Assembly (NCBI GenBank): GCA_017626135.1
Contig: JAGAJI010000029.1
Location: forward strand, 2,328 to 66,327
From: Clostridia bacterium
Lineage (GTDB): Bacteria; Bacillota; Clostridia; Christensenellales; Borkfalkiaceae
Direction: 5' to 3'
Length of the DNA: 64,000 nucleotides
Positions 33,076 to 40,851 of the stretch are shown one piece after another. The position numbers and the translations under genes are program-made. Position 1 is the first letter of the stretch, and each line of letters begins with the position of its first letter. The notes under the pieces were generated by a model. The model saw only the letters and a program-made list of their open reading frames with translations. It did no database searches and had not been told where the DNA came from.

Positions 33076-34977
33076 ATGAAAGAAGACGAGGTAAAACTGA
33101 ACGAGAAAACCCTGTTGCAACGGCAGGAGAGGGAAAACGCGCGCATCGCCGCGGAAGTGACGGCGGATTTTGAAAGGCGGCGCGAGGAGAGGCGCTCGAT
33201 CGAGAGCGGCTGGATCCTCAACATCAATTTTTTGAGTGGCAATCAGTATTGCGACGTGTCGCCGATCGGGGACGTCGTTGAGGAAGATCCGCAATTTTAC
33301 TGGCAGTCGCGACGGGTGTTCAATCACATCGCGCCGACGGTGGAATCCCGTATCGCCAAGCTCGAACACATGAGACCCGAGCTCACGGTGCGCGCGTTTT
33401 CAGATGAGGACGGCGACGTGAAGGCGGCGCAACTTGCGACGGGAATCTTGCGCTACGTGCAGGACAGAATCGGCTTGCAGGAGCTCTCTTCCCGCGCAAC
33501 GACCTGGTCGGAAACGTGCGGTTCGTCCTTTTTCAAGGTGGACTGGAACGCGCAGGGCGGCAGGCAGGTAGGCGTTGACGAGGACGATCGACCTATCTAC
33601 GAGGGAGAGGTGCGCATCAGCGTCGTGCCCCCGTTCGAGATTTTTCCCGACCGTCTGGACGTGGAAGAGTTTGCGGAGGTGCAAAGCGTCATTCACGCGC
33701 GGGCGGTGCCCGTTTCCTACGTCGAAGAGAAGTTCGGCGTGACGCTGACGGGGCGGACGATCTCGGGAGTGATGCAGTACAGCGAGCCTTCCACCGCCAA
33801 GCTGCCCTATCAGAAGACGGGGATGAATTTTACCGATATCAAGGACGCGGAAATACTCATCGAGCGCTACACCCGACCGAGCGTGGACGCGCCGCAAGGG
33901 AAACTTGAGATCGTGGCAGGGGGAAAGCTCCTCTATTCCGACGTGTTGCCCTTCGTCAACGGAGAACGCAACGAGCGGGGATTCCCCTTCGTTAAGCAGG
34001 ACTGCCTGCGTCTGCCGGGCGCCTTCTTCGGCGTGAGCATCATCGACCGACTCATTCCCGTACAACGGGCGTACAACGCGGTGAAAAACCGTAAGTACGA
34101 GTTTTTGAACAGGCTGTCCATGGGGGTGCTGACGGTGGAGGACGGCTCCATCGATACGGACGAGCTTTCCGAAGAGGGCTTGTTGCCCGGGAAGGTGCTC
34201 GTCTATCGACAGGGGGGCAAACCGCCCGAAATGCTCGATTGCGGCAGTATGCCGAGAGAGTTTCAGGCGGAAGAGGAGCTTTTGGAAGAGGAGTTCGCCA
34301 AGATTTCGGGCGTGAGCGATCTGGCGAAGGACTCCACGCCCGTGCGCGTGACGAGCGCGACGGGATTGCAACTTCTACTCTCCCAGGACGAATCGAGGCT
34401 GTCCGCGACGGTGAAGAGCATAGAGCGGGCGTTGAAGGAAGTCGGCAGACAGATCTTGCGGCTGTACCGCCAGTTTGCGGGCACGGCGAGACTCATGACC
34501 CTCACGGGGGAAAACAAAAAATCGCAGGTGTATTATTTCAATGCGTCCGGTCTCGACGTCAACGACTTGCAGTTTGAGTCCAGAGAGACGGTGACGCCTG
34601 CGGAAAAGAAGAACACGCTGCTGAGCTTGTACGAGGCGGGATTGCTCACCGACGAACGGGGGAATCTGACGCAGGAGAACAAAAATCGGATCTTGGAGGC
34701 GTTCGGGTTCGGGAGCTATGAAAACGCAAGGGATATTTCCGCCCTCCATATTGCGAAGGCAGGGGAGGAAAATCTCGACATGAAGAGCGGCGAGGTAGAA
34801 CCCGACGTGTACGACGATCACGCGCTGCATATCACCGAGCATACGCGCTTTTTGCTGTCGGCGGATTTCAAGCGTTGCCGCGACAGGGAGACACTCAAAC
34901 GAAGATACGTGGCGCATCTGGAAGCGCACAAAGCGTTATTACGGAAAGAAACCGCAGGGGAAGCTGCGGAAAAATAA
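33076..34977 (+). CDS. Phage portal protein
   Basis: 633 aa. Its position between terminase and scaffold supports the call, as does its size and its acidic, helix-rich composition. The assignment is partly positional. Confidence 0.7.
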   Translation: MKEDEVKLNEKTLLQRQERENARIAAEVTADFERRREERRSIESGWILNINFLSGNQYCDVSPIGDVVEEDPQFYWQSRRVFNHIAPTVESRIAKLEHMRPELTVRAFSDEDGDVKAAQLATGILRYVQDRIGLQELSSRATTWSETCGSSFFKVDWNAQGGRQVGVDEDDRPIYEGEVRISVVPPFEIFPDRLDVEEFAEVQSVIHARAVPVSYVEEKFGVTLTGRTISGVMQYSEPSTAKLPYQKTGMNFTDIKDAEILIERYTRPSVDAPQGKLEIVAGGKLLYSDVLPFVNGERNERGFPFVKQDCLRLPGAFFGVSIIDRLIPVQRAYNAVKNRKYEFLNRLSMGVLTVEDGSIDTDELSEEGLLPGKVLVYRQGGKPPEMLDCGSMPREFQAEEELLEEEFAKISGVSDLAKDSTPVRVTSATGLQLLLSQDESRLSATVKSIERALKEVGRQILRLYRQFAGTARLMTLTGENKKSQVYYFNASGLDVNDLQFESRETVTPAEKKNTLLSLYEAGLLTDERGNLTQENKNRILEAFGFGSYENARDISALHIAKAGEENLDMKSGEVEPDVYDDHALHITEHTRFLLSADFKRCRDRETLKRRYVAHLEAHKALLRKETAGEAAEK

Positions 34978-34989
34978 GGAGGAAAGGAT

Positions 34990-35712
34990 ATGAAAGAAGA
35001 GGAGAACGTTTACGAAGAAACCACGCGGTCGGAGGACGCAACAGCGGTTGAAGGAGAGAAAGCCTCGACGGTACCGGGTAAGTTTAAGGACGTAGACGCC
35101 CTGGTGAGGGCGTACAGCTCGCTGCAAGCGGAGTTCACGAGACGAAGCCAAAGATTGAAGGAGCTGGAAAAGAGAGTGGAAAATTTTGAAGGGGAAGGGC
35201 ACGACGCCCGTTCGGGGGCGGAAAAGCTCCGTAAGAACGCAAAGGCGCATCGGGAGGAGAACGAGCAGTTTGACAAATTCATGGCGGAAACCGTGGGCGT
35301 CAATTCGCAGAGCTCCGAGGAGGCCTCGACCTCTCAAAACTCCGTCGTATCGAAAAATCAACCCTCGGAAGAAGTCGCTAAAGAAACGCAAAATTCGCAA
35401 AACGGGGATACCATGTCTGCGATGAACGTTTCTGCAGCTGCGGAATCTGCTCAAAAAGGCGAAAGGGAAGCAACGGGAAAAATCGCATCGGAAGACGGGA
35501 CGAATACGGGAAACCTTTACGAGCAGGTGTGCCGTGACGAAGGGGTGCGTCTGAAAATCATCGGCGAATATCTGTCGTCGATCGGAAGATCGGGCGCGCC
35601 GCTTATGACGGGCGGAGTGGGTCTGTTGGCGACGCCACCTCAAAAGCCGAAGAGTATTTCGGACGCCGGGAACATGGCTTTGTCGTATTTCAAAAAGCCG
35701 AAAGCCAACTAA
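34990..35712 (+). CDS. Phage scaffolding protein
   Basis: 240 aa, acidic and coiled-coil. The motif GKFKDVDALVRAYSSLQAEFTRRSQRLKELE is common in scaffold proteins. It sits directly upstream of the capsid gene. Confidence 0.65.
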   Translation: MKEEENVYEETTRSEDATAVEGEKASTVPGKFKDVDALVRAYSSLQAEFTRRSQRLKELEKRVENFEGEGHDARSGAEKLRKNAKAHREENEQFDKFMAETVGVNSQSSEEASTSQNSVVSKNQPSEEVAKETQNSQNGDTMSAMNVSAAAESAQKGEREATGKIASEDGTNTGNLYEQVCRDEGVRLKIIGEYLSSIGRSGAPLMTGGVGLLATPPQKPKSISDAGNMALSYFKKPKAN

Positions 35713-35750
35713 GGCATTGCCTAAATAAAATAATAGGAGAATAATCATTT

Positions 35751-36917
35751 ATGGTAACACTTCAAACAGCGGATAACGCATTAAAATCTTTTTATCTCGA
35801 CGCGATGACGGACGCGCTCAACTTGAAAATCAATCCCTTGCTTGCACAGATCCAGCGTACCACCGCAAACGTCGTGGGTAAGGACGTGAGAAAGACGGTG
35901 CGCGTGGGCGTCAACGGCGGCATCGGCGCCGGCTCGGAAACGGGAGATCTTCCCACCTCCGGCGGGGGCGAATACGTGCAGTTCGTCGCAACCTTGAAAA
36001 ACTTGTACGGCACGATTGAGATTTCCGACAAGGCGCTCCGCGCGTCCGCAAACAGCGAGGGCGCGTTCGTCAACTTGCTCAACGAAGAGATGAGTTCGCT
36101 CGTCAAGAGCGCCTCCTTCAACTTCGGCAGAATGCTTTTCGGAGACGGCAAGGGGAGACTTGGTAAGGTGCTCGAGGTGAACGAGAATACAATCACATTG
36201 AGCTCTACGAAAGGGATTTTGGAAGGCATGATCGTCGGCTTCTGCACCGCAGGCGGCGCAGCGATCGCCGTAGCGCAAAAACGCAAGGTGCTTTCCGTCG
36301 ACAAGGCGAACTCCACGATTGTTTTAGACGGCGCGGCGCTCAACACGACTCTCTTGCCCGTGAACAGTATGCTTTATTTGCAGGATTCCAACCGCAACGA
36401 GATCACCGGTTTGGGCGCGATCTTTTCCACGAACGCGCTGTACGGCGTGGAGAGAACGCACTCCGTGATGCAGCCCTATATGAAGACGGAGGTGGGCGAG
36501 ATCACCGAAAACGTCATTCAGACTGCCATCGACGCCATCGAGGAAAACTCGGGCAGTCAGGTCAACTTCATCGTTTGCTCCTGGGGGGTGAGACGTGCGT
36601 TGGCGGAATACTTCAAGCAGTTTAAGACTATGCTGCCCACCATGGAGCTCGAAGGCGGTTTCCACGCGATGAGCTTTAACGGCATTCCCATCGTGGCGGA
36701 CAGATTCTGCCCGGAAGGAACCATGTACCTGTTGAACACCGACGACTTTGCCGTTCATCAGCTCTGCGACTGGCAATGGCTCGAAAGCGAAGACGGTAAA
36801 ATCCTCAAACAGGTTGCCGGGAAACCCGTATACACCGCGACGCTCGTGAAGTATGCGGAACTTATGTGCGATCGTCCGAGCGGTCAGGGTATGTTGAGCG
36901 GTATCACCGAAGCGTAA
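35751..36917 (+). CDS. Major capsid protein (HK97-fold type)
   Basis: 388 aa, following the scaffold gene. N-terminal NALKSFYLDAMTDALNLK...; C-terminal ...YTATLVKYAELMCDRP. Followed by a strong terminator, as is common for highly expressed capsid genes. Confidence 0.7.
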   Translation: MVTLQTADNALKSFYLDAMTDALNLKINPLLAQIQRTTANVVGKDVRKTVRVGVNGGIGAGSETGDLPTSGGGEYVQFVATLKNLYGTIEISDKALRASANSEGAFVNLLNEEMSSLVKSASFNFGRMLFGDGKGRLGKVLEVNENTITLSSTKGILEGMIVGFCTAGGAAIAVAQKRKVLSVDKANSTIVLDGAALNTTLLPVNSMLYLQDSNRNEITGLGAIFSTNALYGVERTHSVMQPYMKTEVGEITENVIQTAIDAIEENSGSQVNFIVCSWGVRRALAEYFKQFKTMLPTMELEGGFHAMSFNGIPIVADRFCPEGTMYLLNTDDFAVHQLCDWQWLESEDGKILKQVAGKPVYTATLVKYAELMCDRPSGQGMLSGITEA

Positions 36918-36926
36918 GAGCCAAAC

Positions 36927-36967
36927 AGAGTACCCAGGTATGCGTTGAGTTACTTGGGTACTCTTTT
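36927..36967 (+). terminator. Rho-independent terminator/attenuator after the capsid gene
   Basis: A 14-bp stem AGAGTACCCAGGTA / TACTTGGGTACTCT followed by TTTT. The loop and 5' arm carry the dispersed motif core CAGGTATGCGTTGA (36935-36948). Confidence 0.8.
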
Positions 36968-36992
36968 ATAACCGCAGAAAAGGAGGGAGAAT

Positions 36993-37535
36993 ATGAAAGT
37001 GAAAGAGATTGTGCTCTCGGCGGCGGAGTCGCTGGGGCTTGGGGAGGGCGTGTCCGCGTTTTTCGACGGCGGGGATCCCTGCCTGCAACGGGAGGCGGAG
37101 CTCCTGCTCGCTTGTTTCAACCGCGTGGAAAGGAGCCTTGCGCTCGAATATTTGCCGCTTTACGCCGAGGACGAGTTGCTTACCGTCGACGATGAGGTGG
37201 AATATTCGGCGTTGACCTACGCGCCCGTCCGCATTTTAGGGGTGGAAAACGGAGCGGGCGAATCCGTTCCGTATAAGCTCTATCCGCGATACTTAAAGGC
37301 GGTGTCGGGGAAGATCAAGGTGACCTACACCTATACGCCGAACGCCAAAACCATCGACGACGACAGCGATTTTACCCTGCCGTCCGTGCTTGAACACGGG
37401 ACGTTGGCGGAATACTGTCTGTCGGAAGGTCGGTTGGCGGAGTCCGCCGTCTGGGAGCAAAAATATAAGCAAGAGATCGAAGGGGCGTTCCGTGGCAAGA
37501 AGTACAAGCGCCTGCGTTCGAGAAGGTGGGTGTGA
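36993..37535 (+). CDS. Hypothetical phage structural protein (head completion/connector candidate)
   Basis: 180 aa. GGAGGGAG SD. Its stop overlaps the next start (TGATG), implying translational coupling. I recognise no family signature. Confidence 0.5.
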   Translation: MKVKEIVLSAAESLGLGEGVSAFFDGGDPCLQREAELLLACFNRVERSLALEYLPLYAEDELLTVDDEVEYSALTYAPVRILGVENGAGESVPYKLYPRYLKAVSGKIKVTYTYTPNAKTIDDDSDFTLPSVLEHGTLAEYCLSEGRLAESAVWEQKYKQEIEGAFRGKKYKRLRSRRWV

Positions 37536-38872
37536 TGGCGATCGGCGAAACGAAACGGAGAAAGCACGCGACGTTTTCCTTCTCCTTGCAGGAGAGGGGG
37601 AAGAATGTACTTTTGGCGAAGGAGAGCGTCAACTGCGACTGTCGTCTGGGCAGCTTGAAATCGGGCATGGGCGCGACGCCTTTGCGCAAAAGCGACGGTT
37701 CAACGCATACCTGCCCCGAGGGTAACGTCACGCATATCGTCATTCGCAAGGATTTGGACGACGAGACGAAGACCTATACCGAACGCATCGGCGCGTTGAC
37801 GGACGAGGGCGCGTTTTTCTTGCAGAGCGCTCTGGACGGAGAATTTACGCAGATCACGGTCAACGTTTTCGCGCCCGGGATCGTGCAATTCGCAGGGACG
37901 GATTCCCGGTATAAGCTCGCCGTCATCGGGGAGACGATGTGCGCCTTCCTGCGCGAGGACGACTCCTTTGATTTGGCGATGATGGACGGAATGAGCCGTA
38001 TCGGTTGTTTCTTCGCACACCGTATGTTCATCGGCGTCAAACCCTCCACGCTGACGTGTTCGGCGCCCGAAAACGTGCAGAGTTTCGCCCCGTCCATCAA
38101 CGACGGCGGACTCATTCGCTTTCCCAACGCGGGCGGAATGATGGTGGCGATGCAGGTGTATGAGGAGCGGCTGTACCTGTTTTTCGAGTACGGGATTTTG
38201 CGCGTGGACGCCAAAGGTGCGGTCAAGGACTTCAAGGCGGAGCAGTTGCCATACACGGGCGGCAAGATCTACGGGAAGAGCGTCTGCGCGGGCGTGCGCG
38301 GCATCTATTTCCTCGCCTCGGACGGTGTGTATCATTTCGACGGCAAGTGGACCAAACGGGTGTTGGACGGGTTTGTCCTTTGCCCGAAAGGGGAGACGTT
38401 GCTTGAAAGCAGCGCCGCGTTTGCCGGGCGGGTATTCTTGCGGTACGAGACGGACGAGGGCTACAAAACCTTGGTGTTTTACGAAGGGGAAGAGAGTGGG
38501 TATTATACGGACTTTTTCCCCATATTTAACAAGGACGACGGGGGCAAGTGTTTGTTCGCGGAGCCCGATCGCAAAATTTACGAATTTTCCGAACGGGGCG
38601 AAAAGGGCGCGGACGGGAGCTTTTCGAGCGAGGAAACGGACTTGGGCACGGGCGTGCGCAAGACGCTCACCAACCTGTATTTTACCGGTCGCGGCAGCTT
38701 TACGTTGACGGTGAAAACGGGGGGAAGAAAACTCGTGCGAGAGCTGACCTTTCAAGAGGGCAGGGCGGAGGTGCGGTTGTCGGAAAGCGGCGAGCGATTC
38801 TCCTTCGACTTCGCCCTTCCGTACGGTTCGGAGGTGAGCTCCATGTCGGCGGCGTACCTGCCCTTTGCTTAA
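37535..38872 (+). CDS. Hypothetical phage structural protein, repeat/beta-rich
   Basis: 445 aa. The ATG at 37535 overlaps the upstream TGA. Recurrent ...Y.F..DG.Y..DG... strands suggest a beta-propeller-like fold. Function unknown. Confidence 0.5.
   Translation: MAIGETKRRKHATFSFSLQERGKNVLLAKESVNCDCRLGSLKSGMGATPLRKSDGSTHTCPEGNVTHIVIRKDLDDETKTYTERIGALTDEGAFFLQSALDGEFTQITVNVFAPGIVQFAGTDSRYKLAVIGETMCAFLREDDSFDLAMMDGMSRIGCFFAHRMFIGVKPSTLTCSAPENVQSFAPSINDGGLIRFPNAGGMMVAMQVYEERLYLFFEYGILRVDAKGAVKDFKAEQLPYTGGKIYGKSVCAGVRGIYFLASDGVYHFDGKWTKRVLDGFVLCPKGETLLESSAAFAGRVFLRYETDEGYKTLVFYEGEESGYYTDFFPIFNKDDGGKCLFAEPDRKIYEFSERGEKGADGSFSSEETDLGTGVRKTLTNLYFTGRGSFTLTVKTGGRKLVRELTFQEGRAEVRLSESGERFSFDFALPYGSEVSSMSAAYLPFA
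37698..37717 (-). repeat. Dispersed motif copy H (only minus-strand copy): reverse complement reads GGGGCAGGTATGCGTTGAAC
   Basis: A 20/20 match to copy A (10365-10384), lying inside a + strand CDS. Confidence 0.9.
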
Positions 38873-38884
38873 GGAGGAGAAATC

Positions 38885-39370
38885 ATGACCATTGACATCA
38901 TCAGTTATACGGACGAGCAGTACGCGCTTTTGACGCTGGAACAGCTCAAGGAAGTCCGTTCGGCGCAGACGAAGAAGGATAAGCTGAAAATCGAGCTGGA
39001 CGCGGCGTTGCAAACCGCCAAAAATTCCCTCGTAAAAAAGGGGATCTACAATTCGGGACTCTATGCTCTCATCGAGAAGAAACTGCAAGCGGAGTATACC
39101 CAACAGGTGGAGTTGATCCGCGACGGCTTGCAGTTTTACCTTAAATATTCGATGCAACCGGACGGTTCGGCGTGGGACGCACCTTATCCCATCAATTTCG
39201 CGTTGTCCTACGAGGCTCGGTTCAACGTCGTGCGCAACTACTATGACACCACTTACGAGAACGCTTCGATACGTTTCGAAACTTTCCAACAAGACGTCTT
39301 CGCGCCTCGGTACTTAGGGGAACTGTACGAATCCCTCTACGCACATTACCGAGGCATGGCGATGGCGTAA
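38885..39370 (+). CDS. Hypothetical protein (last gene of phage-like module)
   Basis: 161 aa. GGAGGAGA SD. I recognise no family signature. Confidence 0.5.
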   Translation: MTIDIISYTDEQYALLTLEQLKEVRSAQTKKDKLKIELDAALQTAKNSLVKKGIYNSGLYALIEKKLQAEYTQQVELIRDGLQFYLKYSMQPDGSAWDAPYPINFALSYEARFNVVRNYYDTTYENASIRFETFQQDVFAPRYLGELYESLYAHYRGMAMA

Positions 39371-39381
39371 AGAATATCAAA

Positions 39382-39408
39382 AACGCAGGCGAAACGCTTG
39401 CGTTTTTC
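39382..39408 (+). terminator. Rho-independent terminator closing the phage-like operon
   Basis: AACGCAGGCG-aaa-CGCTTGCGTT followed by TTTT. A TGgTATAAT promoter for dut follows at 39418-39426. Confidence 0.8.
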
Positions 39409-39457
39409 GTCGTTTTTTGGTATAATATAGGCGTATGGAAGAAAAGGAGGGGACGGT

Positions 39458-39898
39458 ATGCCCACGGTTGCAGTAAAAAAATTAGAGGAAAGAGCGGTTT
39501 TGCCCACCTACGGTTCGGAGTATTCCGCAGGCGCGGATCTGTATGCGTTGACGGAGGAGGAACTCGTCTTCGCTCCGGGAGAAACCAAACTCGTGCGTAC
39601 GGGGCTTGCGATGGAAATTCCCGAAGGATACGCAGGACTCATCTATGCGCGGAGCGGGCTTGCTTCCAAGCGGGGGTTGGCGCCTGCCAACAAAGTGGGC
39701 GTCGTGGACGCCGATTATCGCGGAGAGATCATGGTGGCGCTCCACAACCATTCGAATACCGAGCAGAAAATTGCGCCGCAGGAGCGTATCGCTCAGCTCG
39801 TGATCACTCCCTTTTTGAAAGCGGAGTTCGAGGAGCGCGAGTCCCTTTCGGACACCGTGCGCGGCAGCGGCGGGTTTGGCAGCACGGGCACGAAGTAA
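39458..39898 (+). CDS. dut: dUTP diphosphatase
   Basis: 146 aa with trimeric dUTPase motifs: AGADLYA, GLIYARSGL, VGVVDADYRGEI, RIAQLVI, RGSGGFGSTG. Confidence 0.92.
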   Translation: MPTVAVKKLEERAVLPTYGSEYSAGADLYALTEEELVFAPGETKLVRTGLAMEIPEGYAGLIYARSGLASKRGLAPANKVGVVDADYRGEIMVALHNHSNTEQKIAPQERIAQLVITPFLKAEFEERESLSDTVRGSGGFGSTGTK

Positions 39899-39917
39899 GG
39901 AAAAAGAGGTAGAAAGT

Positions 39918-40607
39918 ATGTCCATGAGAATGAGGAAAAAGCGCAATTTCGACGCACGCATGGAGGCGTGCGGGGATTTGCTCCTCGCCAAGGGCGCGGG
40001 CGGTATTTTGAACATGAAAGAGGCGGCGGAGAACTATCGCAACCTCGTCGATTTTTCCAAGGCGTTCGGGAACGACAATCCCGTGGCGCTTGAAATCGGG
40101 TGCGGAAAGGGGGGCTTCGTCATCGCGCTCGCCAAGGAAACGCCGAACATCAACTATCTGGCGTTGGAGAAGATGAGCAACGTGATCTTAACGCCCATGG
40201 AAGAGGTGAAAAAGCAGGGAATCGACAATATCCGTTTTCTCAATATCCGCGCGGAGTGCCTGCCTTGCTATATTCCCGAGGGGAGTCTCGACGCCATCTA
40301 TCTCAACTTTTCCACCCCTTTGCCCAAGCTCGGCTACGCGACCCAAAGGCTCACGCACAGAAACTTTTTGGAGAAGTACAAAAAACTGCTCAAAGTGGGC
40401 GGACGCATTTTGCAAAAGACGGACGATCGGGATTTCTTCGAATTCTCGTTGGGGGAGTACGAGGCGTGCGGGTTCGCGCTTGAAAACGTGACGTACGATC
40501 TGCACGAAGGGGGCAACCCCGACTGGAACGTCGTCACCGAGTACGAGCAGAAATGGGTGGAGCGGGGCTTGCCCATTCACCGCGTGGAAGCCGTGTATAA
40601 AGGATAA
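39918..40607 (+). CDS. trmB: tRNA (guanine-N7)-methyltransferase
   Basis: LEIGCGKGGF SAM motif, NIRFL, YLNFSTPLPK, FLEKYKKLLKVGGRILQKTD. I prefer the start at ATG 39918. Confidence 0.85.
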   Translation: MSMRMRKKRNFDARMEACGDLLLAKGAGGILNMKEAAENYRNLVDFSKAFGNDNPVALEIGCGKGGFVIALAKETPNINYLALEKMSNVILTPMEEVKKQGIDNIRFLNIRAECLPCYIPEGSLDAIYLNFSTPLPKLGYATQRLTHRNFLEKYKKLLKVGGRILQKTDDRDFFEFSLGEYEACGFALENVTYDLHEGGNPDWNVVTEYEQKWVERGLPIHRVEAVYKG

Positions 40608-40851
40608 CGACGTGAAAAAGACGACTGACGCCGCCCTTATTTTGGAATAAGAGCGGCGTCTTTGCGCTCCGCCGCATATGCCCGATACCGCATACGGCAA
40701 TATCTGCCAAAAAAATTTTTCGAAAATCGCAAATTTTTTCTCCGTTCCCCCTTGAAAATTTCACAATTATATGATATAATAAATAAAAATATTTTTATTT
40801 TTTATATTGACGTACGCGCGTAAACGATTTCGCGCCGAAAAGGAGGCTTTT

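Larger units (their letters stand above)
31251..39370 (+). mobile_element. Phage-derived head-morphogenesis / DNA-packaging module without tail, lysis, integration or replication genes
   Basis: Eight co-directional, tightly spaced intact genes (TerL, TerS-like, portal, scaffold, major capsid, three unknowns). There is an internal terminator after the capsid gene and a strong terminator at 39382. The flanks are housekeeping genes. Confidence 0.65.

Noticed and set aside
29881-39408. Complete integrated prophage
   Set aside because: Only head and packaging functions and a possible late activator are present. No integrase, repressor, replication, tail or lysis genes are visible, and housekeeping genes abut both sides.
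31211-39452. Direct repeats flanking the capsid module as att sites (TATAAT...AAAGGAGGGGA at 31217-31238 and 39421-39448)
   Set aside because: The shared bases are just a -10 box and an SD consensus with different spacing (5 versus 19 nt). There is no extended identity and no integrase. This is insufficient for an att call.
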